NCBI GenBank assembly: GCA_000165425.1
Contig: CT868640.1
Coordinates: 315,142 to 379,141 of the forward strand
DNA from: Paramecium tetraurelia
Lineage: Eukaryota
Direction: 5' to 3'
Length of the DNA: 64,000 nt
Position numbers and translations under genes: made by a program. Below, in pieces: positions 25,327 to 39,924 of the stretch. Positions within the stretch are counted from its first letter, which is position 1, and each line of letters starts with the position of its first letter. The notes under the pieces were generated by a model. That model ran no database searches. It worked only from the letters and a program-made list of their open reading frames with translations, and was not told where the DNA came from.

Positions 25327-27827
25327 ATGGATAAAGTAGAATCCGAATGCGTTCTCTGCGTTTAAGAGGCTGAAATCATTGCATTGGGTCATTGTAATCA
25401 CAAGACCTTCTGCTATTAATGCATGATCAAAATGAGAGTCATTAGCAAAATCAAGGCCTGTCCTATTTGCAAACAAATCTTGGATAAAATAATTCTCACA
25501 GATAATCTCTAAGCTCAATTTAGTGATTATTCTATAAGCAACCTGATGTCCATCAATTATTCCGTAACTAATTACTTTTTAATATTTTCTAGAAAGATTC
25601 AAAAGATGTATTCTTCACAGATTCAGCACAAATCAAGGAAAAAATAGAAGGTTTGAACAGCTTTAAATGTCCATTCCAAGACTGCCAAATGGATTAGTAA
25701 ATAAGTAACTTCAACCAATTAAAATTACACTTAAAAGTCGAACATATGCGTTTCTATTGGTAAGCATATTTTGTATATTTTAATAGTGATGTGTGCATCG
25801 AGCAGAAGACATGTTTCTTGGGAGAATAATAATTATATTCAGATTACTAAGTTAGACGTCATATGAATAATGGTGATTTGGATGAGGATTCAAATATCAT
25901 ATTTAAACATCCCTTTTGTAAATTTTGTAGAAAACATTTTTATGATGAAGATAAATTTAAATAACATTTAAATCTTGCTCACATTAATTGCAGTTTATGT
26001 GAAGACATGAAATTCACTTTCTATAAAGATCATGGAAGTTATGAAAGACATTTGAAGCTGTCACATTTTTTGTGTGAGGAACCAGAATGTAAACAAATGT
26101 TAGTCGTGTTCAAAAATTAATGTGAATTAGATATGCATAAACAGAGTCATTGCAATGATCCTAGAATTAAAAAGATGTCCAACCTAAATGTGTAGCAAAT
26201 AGCAGGATTCTATGAAGATCCTAAATAGAAAAAATAACTCAATGATAAAGAAGGAGAAGATTTCACAGATCAATTCATATCACTTGAACAAACTAAATTA
26301 AGGGCTGTGACTTAAATTGATCAACACAAAGATGAGAATATTGATTTTAGAGAATACTTGTATGTGGACTATAATGACGATTAAGACAAACTTAGTGATT
26401 AGAGTGAAAAAATGCATTCATAATAAAATATTTTTTTAGAGGATTTGCAATTAATTAAGCCATATACACTTCCTCATATGAAGTTCCAATCTTTTATGGC
26501 AAAATGCTCATAATTCTTTAAAGGCTAGAAAAATAAAGAAGAATCACTAAGAAAATTAATTCAACTATTTGAAACAGATAAAATGAGCGCAGAACATTAC
26601 GTAAATAGCTTCATTCAAATGTTCGAACCTAAAACAGGATTAAGATTAATTACATTTTATATGGCTATGAAAGATGTGAAAGATCAATTTTCGAAAATTT
26701 TAGATGATGCTTACATAAAGTAGTTAAAAGCATTGCCAAGAAGAAATAATCCAATCATTATTGTCTGTAAAACATATTCAGAATTATTTATTAAATTATT
26801 GGAAGAATTAAACAAAAATTTAATCAAAAGAATTGAAGATGGAGATTTGGTTTAGTATTAAGATACCATCATGCCCAAAGAAAGAATCTTTTAATTGATT
26901 GAGGTTTTGAGACATGTTAAGACATCTGAAATGGGAAAATTCAAATTTGCTTTGAACTTTGGTCTCAGCACATAAGTGTTAGAACAAATCAAACATAAAA
27001 TTCTTTTAGATGATATTTCAAAAATTTAATGTAAAAAATTTCATTATTTATCAATTAGAACACATATCTGCCATATCAAATCACGATTTAGTTCCATTTT
27101 ATCTTTATGTAAATTTGAGTATGAAGATTTTAAGAGGAGAACAAATTCACAAAGAAAAAAAAGATCTCAATGAATGTGTTTACTATGAATTCTTCCAGAA
27201 CAATAAAAAACTGTTTAGTTTGATAAAGAAACCAGATAATAGTGATCTTAACAGACAAAACTTATTATAGAAATAAAATTAGCTGAATAGAAATGGAATT
27301 GAAATGAATCCAGCTGATTTTCCTTCATTACGTAATTATTATTGTAATTTTCATAGCTAAAGCATAAAAATAGGAATAAAAATTAGAGTAGCAATTTTAT
27401 GTCAAATAAAATGAACCCCAGCAATAGTAATAATAAGTAAAGAAATCAAAACAACGACAATAACAGAGCCAAGCAATTGGAAAGTGGTAGAATAGTGGAG
27501 CAGCCATTTTTTAAAATCAAGCTGCAATTGAAGATTAATTCCCCAGTCTGACTTCCAACACTAGTATTAATTGATTAATATATTTTAGCTTAAGCTCCTT
27601 CAAAAAATGTTAAATCTAATAACGGACAGTTTTAAGATGATGATTTTGTTCCTCTAGCTGATTATAAATCGGCTAAACAAAATGAAGAAAGTGAATGGGA
27701 TAGTAATCCTATAATACCAGTAATATTAAAATTTATTTATTAGAAAAAAAATACATAAATGAAAGAGGTTGCCTAAATAAAGAAAAAGAATAAAAATATT
27801 GTATAGATTTCAGGAGGTTTTAGATGA
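25327..27827 (+). CDS. ZNF598: RING + C2H2 zinc-finger E3 ligase, ZNF598/Hel2-like
   Basis: CVLC..CNHKTFCYQCMIKMR..CPIC; LHLKVEH..CDVC; HPFCKFCRKHFYDEDK; SHFLCEEPEC; DFPSL. Confidence 0.85.
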
Positions 27828-28207
27828 TTTGTCATGTAAGTCGAATGATGAATTGATTTGCTTTGGGGGGATACTTATATTGTTAATATTGTATCAATAA
27901 TTCATTTCTTACATCTCTCAGTCCCTAGACGTTAAAACTGGTGCATGTTTTCTTATTCTTAATTTCATTCTTAACATTCTATTCTTTCATCGATTTTTCA
28001 CAAAGGAGATTTAAAATCTATATCAACATAGAATAAATAATATTTTGTAAATGTGATTGTATATAAAATAAGAAACAAAATGAGGAAATTGGTAATTGAA
28101 GCAATTATTGAAATGGGTAATGATATCATTGATAAATGTCATAGATTATATTAAGTTATGAATTTAAGTAATTACATACATGAGATTAAACATATAATTA
28201 TTTATAA

Positions 28208-31200
28208 ATGGATTTCTTATCACCTGACAATGCATGTGGACAAAGTCTTTTGATTCTGGTTGCAAGAGGAAGTGCCATTTTAGCTGAAATATAGAGACTC
28301 TCAGAAAATATTCCCAAGATTATTACTAGCAAAGCTTAAGAATATAAAAAATATGAGAAAATCTTATTTGACTTTGAATACTTGAAAAACATCGATGTTC
28401 TCGAGGATGAGATCCAAAGAAACTAAGTATGATATAATCTAAAGTAGGAAATCAATGAATTGGACGAAAACTTTAAGAAATCTTATTTACCATTAGTAGA
28501 AAGATTTTATAGATTATTTGAAAGCATTTATTTGTATTATTCCGACTTGATGGCATTTATATAGGAATTGGAGGAAGCTGTTTTTATGCAATATTCTGTT
28601 GAGACTGTTTTGTAGGATCCAGAAGGGAAAAGATTATTTGCGGAATCATTTTATTTATATGGATGTATGCTATTATTGGTGGATATTTTGATTCCCGGAA
28701 AGGCAAGAGAAAAGCTAATCATTTCCTACTACAGATACAAGGGTGGTTAAACCGCAATTGAGTTTATCAATGAAGTAACCAAATTGTGTGCAGAAACTGG
28801 GTATTCAAAAAGTGGCACTCGACCTGCCTTTTATCCTGAAGAATACATGGCCAGATTCTAATTGCCAGAGAAACTCATAACAGAAGTGATCAATTCTATC
28901 AAAGATGAGGATATTTACAAATACACTAGCATTTATCCATCGGCTGATCATAGATCAATCGCATTATCAGTCTAAGGCTCAATGTTGTATGTGTTGTTGT
29001 ATTTCACTCCGACTATTTTAAATAATAAGAAGGTATCAAAACATTATCATAAATTAGGCAAAAATGAGAGAAATAGTTGACAAGCATTTCTATGATTAAT
29101 GGGTGATATCGTTCTATTTGGGTTACTTTGTCGATTTATCTGAATAATGGAATCCATATGGTGCAGCTAGAGAGGCAATTAAGAATACAATTAATTTTGA
29201 TTATATCTAAGAATTAGGAACATTTTATCGCAATAAACTTACCGAATAGATAAATAAAGTTTAAGAGTATCTTTACGAAGGATAAATGACATAAGAATTT
29301 GTTCTGGACAAGATATCATCTTTAATGAATTGTGTTAGAGAAAGTAATATAGCTATTCGATGGATTTTACTTCATTCTAACACTAGCATTCCAAAGGCAA
29401 AGGAGTTATTAAATAAGATTGACAAATAAGAAGTTTTGTAGTTACTATTACAGAGTTCAAAATTTGAAAATCGTTTATTGAAAGCAATAAAGGCAATCAT
29501 TGATAATAAACAACAATATTGGGATGAGGATAAAGTCAAATGCGTTGAGAGAATGCAAGAGTTATCTGATTATTTTAGTGGAAAGGCTTTAGGAAAAGTG
29601 AAAGCTGACGAATCATATATGTAATGGTTTACTGAAATGGGCAGTTAAATATAATCCTTAAATTACAGTGATAGTACTCATGCAGGAAGGAAAATTCAAA
29701 GATTAATTCAAGCATTAGAAGATATCGAATAATATCCTCAAATTTCTACATCTATATAAGTTAAACATTATTTGAATGAAACCAGGAAGGATTTAACACA
29801 TATGGTCAAAATAGTTCATATTAAAAGCACGCTGCCTTCACACATTTCATATATTTCAGATTTCAGTTACTCATGGTAATGCTTAAAAGGATACAAAGAA
29901 TTGATGTAAGCCAAAGTGTAGAGTAATCCACATTCTGCTTTAAGTCTAAAAACTACTTTTTAGAAGTTGTCTTCTATTTTGAATACTCCTACTATTCGTA
30001 TTATCTAAGCTGGAAGTCCAGATTTAAATAGTGTCACAAAATACTATTCTGGGGAACTTGTTAAATTTGTAAAAGAGGTTCTTTAGATCATACCTATATA
30101 AGTATTCGAAGTACTTTAGGATATCATCACATTAATCACATCAGTATTGAAACCACTTCCTTCTAGGATTAATAAAATAGAATTGAAGGATTATGCTTAA
30201 TATGAAGATAGAACTCAAATTGCCAAATTAACTAATTCAATTTCTGTCTTTACAGAATCCATTTTAACAGTTGATCCTTACTTGTTAGGTTCCATCGAAG
30301 TCAATCCCAGAGAAATGCTTGATCAAGGTATTAGGAAAGAATTAATGGCTTTGATTCATAAAATTCTTGATTCTTAATTGATATTTCCCAAAAAGGATAT
30401 TTAAGATTTCCAAACTAAACTATCTAAATTAGGTGAGGAAATTAATGGTTTCAAATTAGCAATGGAACAAATTCAAGATTTTGTTAATGCTTAAGGATTA
30501 AAGATGTTTACTGAAGAATTTAATAGATTGATAGAATGTTACACTTCAATGGAACTTAAGGGTTTGATTACTGGAAATAAAGAGTATGAAGAACTGAGTT
30601 ATGATGAAGACATCCCTATGCCAGACGATAAAAGTAAGTAATATGGTGCCATCAACTTTATTGGTAGATTATTAAACTAAATCATTTTGATCACTAATCC
30701 AAGGGAAGTAGTATTTGTAGAATCAACTCTAGGCTTCTATGATAGCAATGGAAAAGATATATTGAATCTAAAAACCATTGGTTTAATATTGAAATGTATA
30801 GGTGTTAGTGGATTAAATGGAATTGATTTGCTTCTTAGTTAACATTTATCGAAGGCAGTTAAGGATATTGTGAGAATATTGAAATAAGAGTTAAACCAAG
30901 AAAATAGGAATATTATTGATACTCTAATTAAATAAGTCAGATTATTCACAAATTATGACGAAAACTATGATAAGGTGTACAAATAACTGGCTAAGTAATT
31001 TAGACCTCTTATTTCTAAAATCCTCTATCCTTTGTAGTAGATTGGATAATACATAAATTTAAGGAAACTTATTTGTTTAGTGCTGTAAATGAAGGCTAAA
31101 GTAGGATCAACCAAATTATTCTTATGTTTAGAAACCTTAAACAACACAATAATTAACGATTTTATCAATCGATAGTACGATTCAACCATGGAATCAGATG

Positions 31201-31781
31201 TTAAGACTCAAATGGAAAATAATCTATTGTTTGACCTAACAAAGCTCTTCAATTATGTTGGATTATCAGATCCTATTAGAAAGATATATGCTTTATGTGA
31301 AATGCCTGAGTATTTATTTATTAAGTAGCATTAGACACACGCCATTGATTTTAGCTTTAGTGATATTGCATTAATTACCATTGATGGATTTTGATAAAAA
31401 ATTGAATTGCCTTGTAAAGAAGGCTAAGGATAATCAATTGTAGTTTGAACCAAATTGCTTATTGATGGGAATAGTTGGATTTTTGAATCAATTTAATCAA
31501 TTGCATTCATCTCTATTTGTTTCTTATTTAGGGTAGAGAGTATGATAATTAATTAGATTTTACATAAAATCAACTATCTTCTTTATGTTGCAATCGAAAG
31601 AACTATAGAAACAGCCAGAGATTCTCGGAGACTTCTTCATGTTGCTCACAGTAATCGAGGAGATTTTCAGAATTAGGGAAGAAAGCTATGAAGTAAAAAT
31701 TTAAATGTAAATTAGAATTTTAAATAATTAATTCCTTTTGGATTATTCAACTAATTGAAGAGAGAGATGATAAAATGGTGA
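28208..31781 (+). CDS. WASHC5: WASH complex subunit strumpellin
   Basis: MDFLSPDNACGQSLLILVARGSAILAEIQRLS; AREKLIISYYRY; AKMREIVDKHF; ISDFSYSW; YYSGELVKFV; GIRKEL. Confidence 0.95.
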
Positions 31782-31882
31782 AAGAACAGTATTATAACAA
31801 CATAAATATTAATATAAGGAATATTATTAATTATAATTGTATTATTTTTTTAAAATTAAATTTTCTGAATAAACCTAAAGAA

Positions 31883-32659
31883 ATGCAAAATAAAGAAAGC
31901 ACTGAATAGTATAATTATTGACTAAGATTAGTGATCACTTATTTAAATTGTTACTCATAGGAACTAGTGGAGTTGGGAAATCCTGTATGTTGATGAGATA
32001 CGTCGATAATAATTTTACAAACAATTTTTATAACACAATTGGAGTGGACTTTGTAATCTATTATTTTAACGAGTAGAAAATCAAATCGATATTCTTAGAG
32101 AATAAAAACATCAAATTGTAGATTGTAATAATATATTTCAAATTCTTAGTGGGATACTGCAGGTTAAGACAGATTCAGAACAATCACATGTAGTTATTAT
32201 CGGTAAAGAATATGTTGAAAATAGTGGAGCACATGGGATAATCATTGTTTATGATATAACAGACAGAGAATCATTTGACTCTGTAAAAATGTGGATGTCT
32301 GAAATTGATAAGTATACTCATGGAATTACACATAGGTATGCTCAAGAAGATGTGATAAGAATGCTAGTCGGAAACAAGTGTGATGTGGACGACAAAAGGG
32401 CTGTCTCATATGAGGAAGGCGAAGCTTTGGGTACATGATTTTAAGAATTTAAGCTAAACAACTGAAATTGCAATTTATAGAAACATCAGCCAAATTGTCA
32501 ACCAATATTGAATAGTCCTTTTTGACAATTGCAAAAAATGTTCTAGAAAAAAGCTAAAATTCTATAAAAACAGAATCAGCCTAGAATATGAAAATAGGAT
32601 AGATTTCATCCACTTAGGTAATTGGAAATACAAATAAAAAAAGTTCACAATGTTGTTGA
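31883..32659 (+). CDS. Rab1-like GTPase
   Basis: [54 protein letters not shown], terminal CC; about seven tiny introns. Confidence 0.93.
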
Positions 32660-32687
32660 ATTATAATTATTAAAATTAAACACGATT

Positions 32688-34804
32688 ATGTTTGATATTC
32701 GTTTCTTACCTTTTCTACTTGTATTCACCTACGCCATTATTGTAGAAAGGCCTATTACATAAATATCATGGTGTGGAGCTTCCATTATTTACACCAGAGA
32801 AGATGAAACCATACCTCAATTTTAAGGTTTGGAAGAAGAAAAGACAATATTTTTTATTACTGAAGCTCACCAAATATATCAAAGCAATGGAACTGTATGG
32901 AATCAAATTGAGGGTTTATTCGAAGATATTTAGATTTCACCTGCAGATTCACGTGTCATTTTTTTATTTGGACAACATGGTTAAAAAAGCTATAGAACAA
33001 ATGATTGTGGTGAAAATTTCGAGGAAATCGACACTGAGGGCTTTTATGGATTTAGATTAAATAAAATGAATTGGAAAATGGATGATAGCTTTTAAAAAAT
33101 AATAATGTGATCATTCAGACATGGATTGCAGAGAACCATATAATAATTAATTGTTTTATTCCGAAGACGGAGCAAAGAACTTGGTTACCTTCATTTAAGA
33201 ATTGCAGAGAGGCCTCCTGGGATAAGATCATAGAAGACATTACTGTTCCAGATGAAAGGTCTATTCTATTATTTTCACATGAAAATCAAATATAATTGAT
33301 CTACTCTGATGATTTTACTAATTATCATACTTTGATGATTGGTGCCCAAGGGTACTATTAAACCTCAAAATATCTTTTTGTTCTGACCTCTTCCAGTAAT
33401 GGAGGATATGAATTGCATTATGGTCATTCAAAACTTGAAGAATTCTAAGAGAAATTGGTGGAGTTACCATTATAAATTTTAAAAGAATATTCCTATACTG
33501 TCTTAGACACTGAAAACGGCAGAATATACTTATCTGTCTCCCATTATCAATAAGAGCAATCAGTAACTAATGTGTATATCAGTAATCAAATTGGACAAGA
33601 TTTTTAAATTGTCTTAACTAATAATGTTAGATCAACCTAAGATGGAAATTGTGATTTTGAAAAACTATTGGGATTAACCTCAACTTATGTAGCTAATACA
33701 TATGATTAAAGAGATTAGATGGATAAATCAACAGTGATAAGTTTTAATGGAGGAAAGAAATGGGAATCCATTAAGGCTCCAAAATATGACTCAGAGGAGG
33801 GAATATCATAGAATGTGGAGGAGAATGCTCTTTGCACTTTGTTGGAAGAACTGAATCTTATAGATAGACCATTTATACAGTAGATCAAGCACCTGGCATT
33901 GTCTTGGGTGTTGGAAATGTTGGATTAATTATATCATCAGAATAAAATACTTACATGTCAGCAGACGGAGGATAGAATTGGATTGAAGTTAGGAAAGGAT
34001 CTCATGTCTTTGAAATAGCTGATTTCGGAGGAGTCATTGTTATGGCCAAAGATTATGAACCCACTAATGAAATTATATATTCCATTGATTATGGAAAAAC
34101 GTGGAAAACAAAAGTTATTTATGACGATCTATTCATGGCATAAAATTTAGTTACTGAAGCATCTGGAACTGTTAAATATTTCCTGATCTATGGTAAAACT
34201 GATAAAGGAGAAGGCATTATTTTAAAATTAGACTTTAGCGATATCTTTTCAAGAGAATGTAAATCAAATATAGATTATGACATCTGGAATTCTAAATGCA
34301 TTGATGGGTCTTAAACGAAGTACTATAGGAAAAAAGAAAACTCAGAGTGTTTTAATCCTAAATAGATGATAACCAAAAGAATAATTGAACCTTGTCCATG
34401 TAAAAGAGAAGACTGGATATGTGCCCAAGGTTATATTAATAAATTAGAGGGAGGTGATTGCTTGCCTATTGTTAATATTTCTGACTATTGTGAACCTGGA
34501 AAAACATTTTTCAAAACTTAAGGATATATCAAATTAACTCAATGTGTAGGAGGGTAAATTATTGTATAATTAAAAAAGTTTAGATTTAGGACCAATAGAA
34601 ACATAATGTCCAACATCCTTGAATTTGAATGACATCATTTCATATTTAATAATACTTGCTTTGCTGGCTGTAATGATTCTAATAGGCTACGCGATATTAA
34701 GAAGAGTATAAACATAAGGGGAGAAAAGTTAAAATCCGAACGTTAACAAATATAATCAAATGGAGTTTTAAGAAGATGAAGATGACGAAGATTAATAATT
34801 ATGA
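32688..34804 (+). pseudogene. VPS10/sortilin-family sorting receptor with three apparent frameshifts (pseudogene or sequence errors)
   Basis: Signal peptide; Asp-box repeats TNDCGENF, SEDG, SFNGGKKW, SADGGQNW, SIDYGKTW; CSLH; APGIVLGVGNVG; 10CC-like PCPCKREDWICAQGY; TM; tail YNQM plus acidic cluster. Confidence 0.85.
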
Positions 34805-34842
34805 GTTTATATGTTATTATCTTAGATATATATTGATAAATT

Positions 34843-36290
34843 TCAATTTACTATACGAGCTTTATCAAAATTACTTCTTAAACAAAGAACAGGATAAAGT
34901 TCAATGTCATCTTTATCAAAGTATTCATAAGAAATATTATATTTAAGATATTACTAAGTAGTGCAATTTTTAATGCTTACGAATTGATCATTGTAAACCA
35001 ATTCTAATTTTTGGCCAATAACGAAACCAAAATTTTTTTTTTTCCCGTTCTCTTCCTTGTTTTCATCAATATATACTATGCCATTTGCGCAAAATAAATA
35101 AGATTAATGATTATGTTTTGAATAATCTTTGGGATTGAATATATTTTATCTTTATGTAATTCCAACACAAACATTCAAATCTGAGATATGAAGAAATTCA
35201 ATTTCAATGGGTTTATTTTTTGAATTTTTAATAGCAATCAATCTATCGAATTTTTTATTTTCATTTAAATTTAATTGAGCAATTTTGCCATCCTTAATAA
35301 CCTCAATGTCCTTATGCTTAAAATGTTTGGAAAATTTAATTTATTATTACAATTACGATAATAAGTTAACTTATTAAGAAAGTTCTTCACAGAAAGTAAA
35401 CAAGCCCTTTATCTATCTTTGTTAATCTGTTATGATCTATTTTAAGGTTTTAAAACATTTTGCAATGGTATGATCTTTTAAATCCTTCCTCTATATCTAT
35501 TGTTGACAATTCTCGCATTCGATTTCAACGAATTAACATGATTGCATGTGTAATATCATCGAAATTCTTTTAAGTTGTTCTTAACATCCTGAACATTTGA
35601 TGATAACCTACGGACATTCGTTTTTGTTGTGCAATTCCAGATCTTTTAATTTTATATCAGACAAGCATAACTAGCATTTGTACTAGAAAAGAAAATAAGT
35701 AATAATGTTACAATATTTTCTGGACAAGTATCTACATGATTTTGCATCATTAGTATAGGAACTTCGGATGAGCATTTCCCGCATTGAACTTTTCTCTGTA
35801 AACACTCATTTAATTCATGTTGTTCTAGTTGCTTTCTCCATATCTCTTATTAACACCATTTACATTATAAAAGTTTAAAGGGACAAGTATTATCGTGCTG
35901 ATCCTTATCTTTTAAAAGAATATCGATATTGCATCCTTCATACTCACATTTCACTTATTTAAACTGGCATGATTTAATGTGAAAGAAGTACTCGGAATAT
36001 TTCAAAATTCCTAAACATCCATTTTATTTATAACAACAATACACATCAAGATCATTAAGCATATTCTTTAGAATGCGCTGCCCCTATTTTTCTTTTAGCT
36101 TATTGCAAACGGGACAACTTCGCGCTGATTGGTTCTAACTCCAGGTTGTTAAACAGGTTTAACAAAAATGATTTTCACAACTTTCACAACACATTGGATC
36201 AATGAATATTTCCAAACAAATCATACATTTGCAAAGCTCCTCGATTTATGGACTTCTGTTAACTAACTAATCAAATCTTAAAACTTACAT
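34843..36290 (-). CDS. RING + TRAF-type zinc-finger protein with probable SPRY-like C-terminus
   Basis: CMICLEIFIDPMCCESCENHFC..C; repeated H..C.F....C...GC TRAF fingers; C-terminal LYPVLCL. Confidence 0.8.
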
Positions 36291-36319
36291 AATTTTAATT
36301 ATAATTAATTACAATATTT

Positions 36320-36583
36320 ATGAGCGTATAAGAATTCATTGCCAATAAGAAGATGTTAGATGTAGAATGGAGATTTTCAAGTTTTAATCATAATATCATT
36401 TTAGTTGCTACTGCGAATAGTTCTAAAGAAAATTATAGTGATTGCTTCCTCTAACTTAAAATCAAAACAATCGATAAAAACATGGTAGAAGAAACAACTC
36501 ATTTCGAATTAACATTAGCATAATTTAACGAGCTGTTTACTGAAATCGAGAAGGTAAAGAATCTAATGAGTTTAATTAAATGA
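36320..36583 (+). CDS. Minimal COMM-domain protein (COMMD7-like sequence, COMMD6-like size)
   Basis: MLDVEWRF..FLQLKI..HFELTLAQFNELFTEIEKVK; 24-nt intron 36381-36404; 79 aa. Confidence 0.8.
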
Positions 36584-36657
36584 AAAATATATTATTTATA
36601 GAATCCAAAGCATAATGTAAATATAATTATTAGCATAAATTACAATTAACATGCCAG

Positions 36658-37666
36658 TCAGATCAATCCCATTTCTTCAAGAGGATCCACAACTTCTTAA
36701 ATCAGTCTTGAAAACATCAATTAAATACTTCAAAAGGGAAATATTTCTTCTTTTGATATTAAATTGTTTTACAATTACTTGCATATAGAATTTATAGCCA
36801 CTATCTTCTTTATTTCTAACATCATTCACATTTATTTTTTTAGGTAGTTGAAATAATATTCTTATTTTATCCAATATTGATAATTTAGCCTTGATACTTA
36901 CTAAATGAGCTAGCCATATAAATATTAGTGCATATTTGATAATTTTTGATCAGATAATAAATTTCTGTTTTAACAAATTCTATTTTAATACATACTAATT
37001 GTATAACGTACTCTCATTTTGATATCTTATAATTTGCTTCTTATTCTACTTAATCAATTAATATATATGATAATATTTATACTTACTTTTCCATATATTT
37101 GATTTATTAGTTATAATTAATTATTTCTATTAACTAAAACTTGGCTATTTTTGGAATGTCTCAAATTAATCAACAACTTCATATTTTTAATCCTATTATT
37201 ATACTAAATTAATATAGCTTTATTAATTTAATATTTATTCTGATAAATGCTATTTCCTTAATTATTATCTAAATTGTATAATTATCTCTTTTTCTCCTTT
37301 CTCCTAATAATTTAAGTTTGTCTTGTCTTTATTCATTTTTATTGTTTCTTTTGTTCTGCTAAATATAGTCTTAATTCTCATTCCCAAATTTACTAATATT
37401 AACAATAATATTTTAATATCAGGCTAAGGTAATCTCATTATTTGTGTATCACTTTCTTTATTCTATTTGAAGAGATACTCCAGTTTGTTTATTTTATTAA
37501 TATAAAACACTTCTAGATGTGCCACGAATTTCTCTAAATTATGCTTTCATCTGCTTATGTAAAATTCATATTCTACACGCAACTTGAAATTTCATACATT
37601 CCTCTTTTGGTAATTCCTTAAATTGAAATTAGTTTCTCTAAAATCAAAAGATTTTCCTTTTCCCAT
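36658..37666 (-). CDS. Hypothetical protein, boundaries approximate
   Basis: Long Q/I/L-rich open stretches in ciliate code including ORF-track 36677-36874; splicing not fully resolved. Confidence 0.4.
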
Positions 37667-37720
37667 ATTGAAAGACTTAAAAATAATATTTTAATTTAAT
37701 AAATTTAACAATTATTTTAG

Positions 37721-38921
37721 ATGGAAACTAATTCCTAAAAAGAAACAAAAAGACCATAATAAAGTAATGTCTATTTAAAATTTAGTACTTAAAATGGCAA
37801 AACTAAATAATAACTACAAAGAACCAGAAGACACATATGAACCAAAAAGAAGAGTCAAATATTAGAGTGCATTTAATTCAATAGACAAAAAACCACAATT
37901 AAATGAGGATTCGTCAACGTTTAATGGAATGGAATACTTTGAAAGTCTGTAAATGAAGAAATCAAGTGAAAGGAAGGAAAAGACTCCTTAAAAAGTAGAA
38001 AGTGTGTCTTCGATTTTGGCTTAAGCACCCTTAAGGGAACGGTTCTCTAATCTTCATTTGATTAATTCTATCGATAAAATGCTTATGCACAGTAAATATT
38101 CCAGTTTGTGTCACTTTTTCAAAGAAATTGATGAAATGCTTTTATTTCTCTAAAGCCAACAAAAACCGCCATTCTTAAACACAATTTAAGAATTATTGAG
38201 CCAAAATTCTAAAATTAAAGTCACTTAATAGATTATACAATAAATATTGGAAATATTTCCAAATGCTTATGAAGTTAATTGGTCTTTAAATGAAAAATTA
38301 ATAAGATTAGTTAGAAGTGATTTGATGATAAAGACAAATATAAAATCTCATGTTTAGTTGGGAGAGCGTTTAATTTAGTTTCAATAATTAATGTTTGACT
38401 ATATTTAAAAAAATGGAGTTGAAATTGGTTTAGCTATTTTGCCTTAAAATCCATTTTAATAAATTCTACAGGAGAAACTGTAAATCACAGATACCTTAAC
38501 AAAATAAATCTAACAATAAAGTTCGAAACATGAAATTCAAAGTCAAGTTTCCAAAGAGCCTACATATTCTAAAGTCAGTTAAAATTTAATAGAGAAATTG
38601 AAATAAAAAAAGAAACTAGAAATTGTTCATACTGATCTTTCAGCACCGAAAAAGTAATTAATTGCTCTCTCCACTTTAATTCATTAGTATTTTCTGATTA
38701 GAGATGTGTCAAATATGTTCTTAACAAATGTTCTGAAATACAGTCTTAATAGTTTAAAACAGTTTCTATTAGATGAAAATTAATTAAAAACTTATATTGA
38801 TTAATTAATAAAATTATGTCCACATTGGATTTAAGTAATTGAAAATCAGAATGGCTCAATTGTAAGGTTGAATAAGGAAATAGATCTACCTTCTATAATC
38901 AGATCTATTGAATAAATGTGA
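37721..38921 (+). CDS. CDT1: DNA replication licensing factor Cdt1-like
   Basis: KYSSLCHFFKEIDEML..PFLNTIQE..QQILEIFPNAY (CDT1 domain); C-terminal winged helix LIKLCPHWI..VRLNK. Confidence 0.7.
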
Positions 38922-38976
38922 ATAAAAGACTCTTTAATTAAAGTTTGAATTATAAAATTAAAGCATTACTATATTT

Positions 38977-39878
38977 TCAAGAGCTATCTTCTAATACTAT
39001 CAAAGATTCTTTAAGTTGTCCTTTTAAAGACATTAAAACAAGTTCATATTTTTTCAAATCTTTACTTAACTTCTTGGTTTAAATCTTTCCTATGAGTACT
39101 GAAATGGCTGGATTGCGAAGACTTTAATTAAATTACTGTTTATAGATCTCATTTAATTATTAGGCAATTTGTTCCAATTTCCATTCATAAGGGATTGAAC
39201 TAATGTCTACAAAAATTTCTCTTTCATCAAATTGTCCATTAATGATAACTCTTAGATTTTATACTTGTTTCTAAATATAAAGTTAAGTTTACCAATTCTG
39301 TTTCTGAATATTTCGACATCATCTCCACAATTTCCTCATTGTCTTATTATGAATTAGTATTAACTGTTTACTCAAAAAATGTAATGCTCTTCCTTCTTTT
39401 CTGACTCTGCATCTCACTGCCTTACCCTTAGATCTAATCATCTTCAAGTTTCTCCTCAATCACATTTGTAGATGGTGGAGGACATATTGGCATTTTTATT
39501 GATCTTTTCTCATAAATCACACTTTTATTTTCTACTCTCTTCTCTGGGGCCACCGATGAACGCTTTACATAATTGCTGGTTCTAACTGATGAGTATGTTC
39601 TCTCAACAATTCTTCCATCTACAGGGGCTTATTTTTATGGACTAGCCAACTTACGCAATGGTAAGGCTGTTGCAAAATGTTAATTGTAAGATTATTTGCT
39701 AAATACTATTGATTAGATCATACACTTGAATCAAAGGTTTGAGATGTGCTGATGATGTACTATCATTTGCTGATAAATCGCATTCTTTAGATTTATATTT
39801 AAAACTCTACGTAGTTGACTTTGCTCCAGATGCTTCCTTAACATATCTAATTCGTTAGCCAGAAGAAGTGTTAAACAT
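38977..39878 (-). CDS. Hypothetical protein, end approximate
   Basis: ATG 39878 MFNTSSGQRIRYVKE; open frames separated by short introns. Confidence 0.55.
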
Positions 39879-39924
39879 AGGAAAACTAGTTCTTATTAAT
39901 ATAAAAATAAATTTCAATTTCCCA

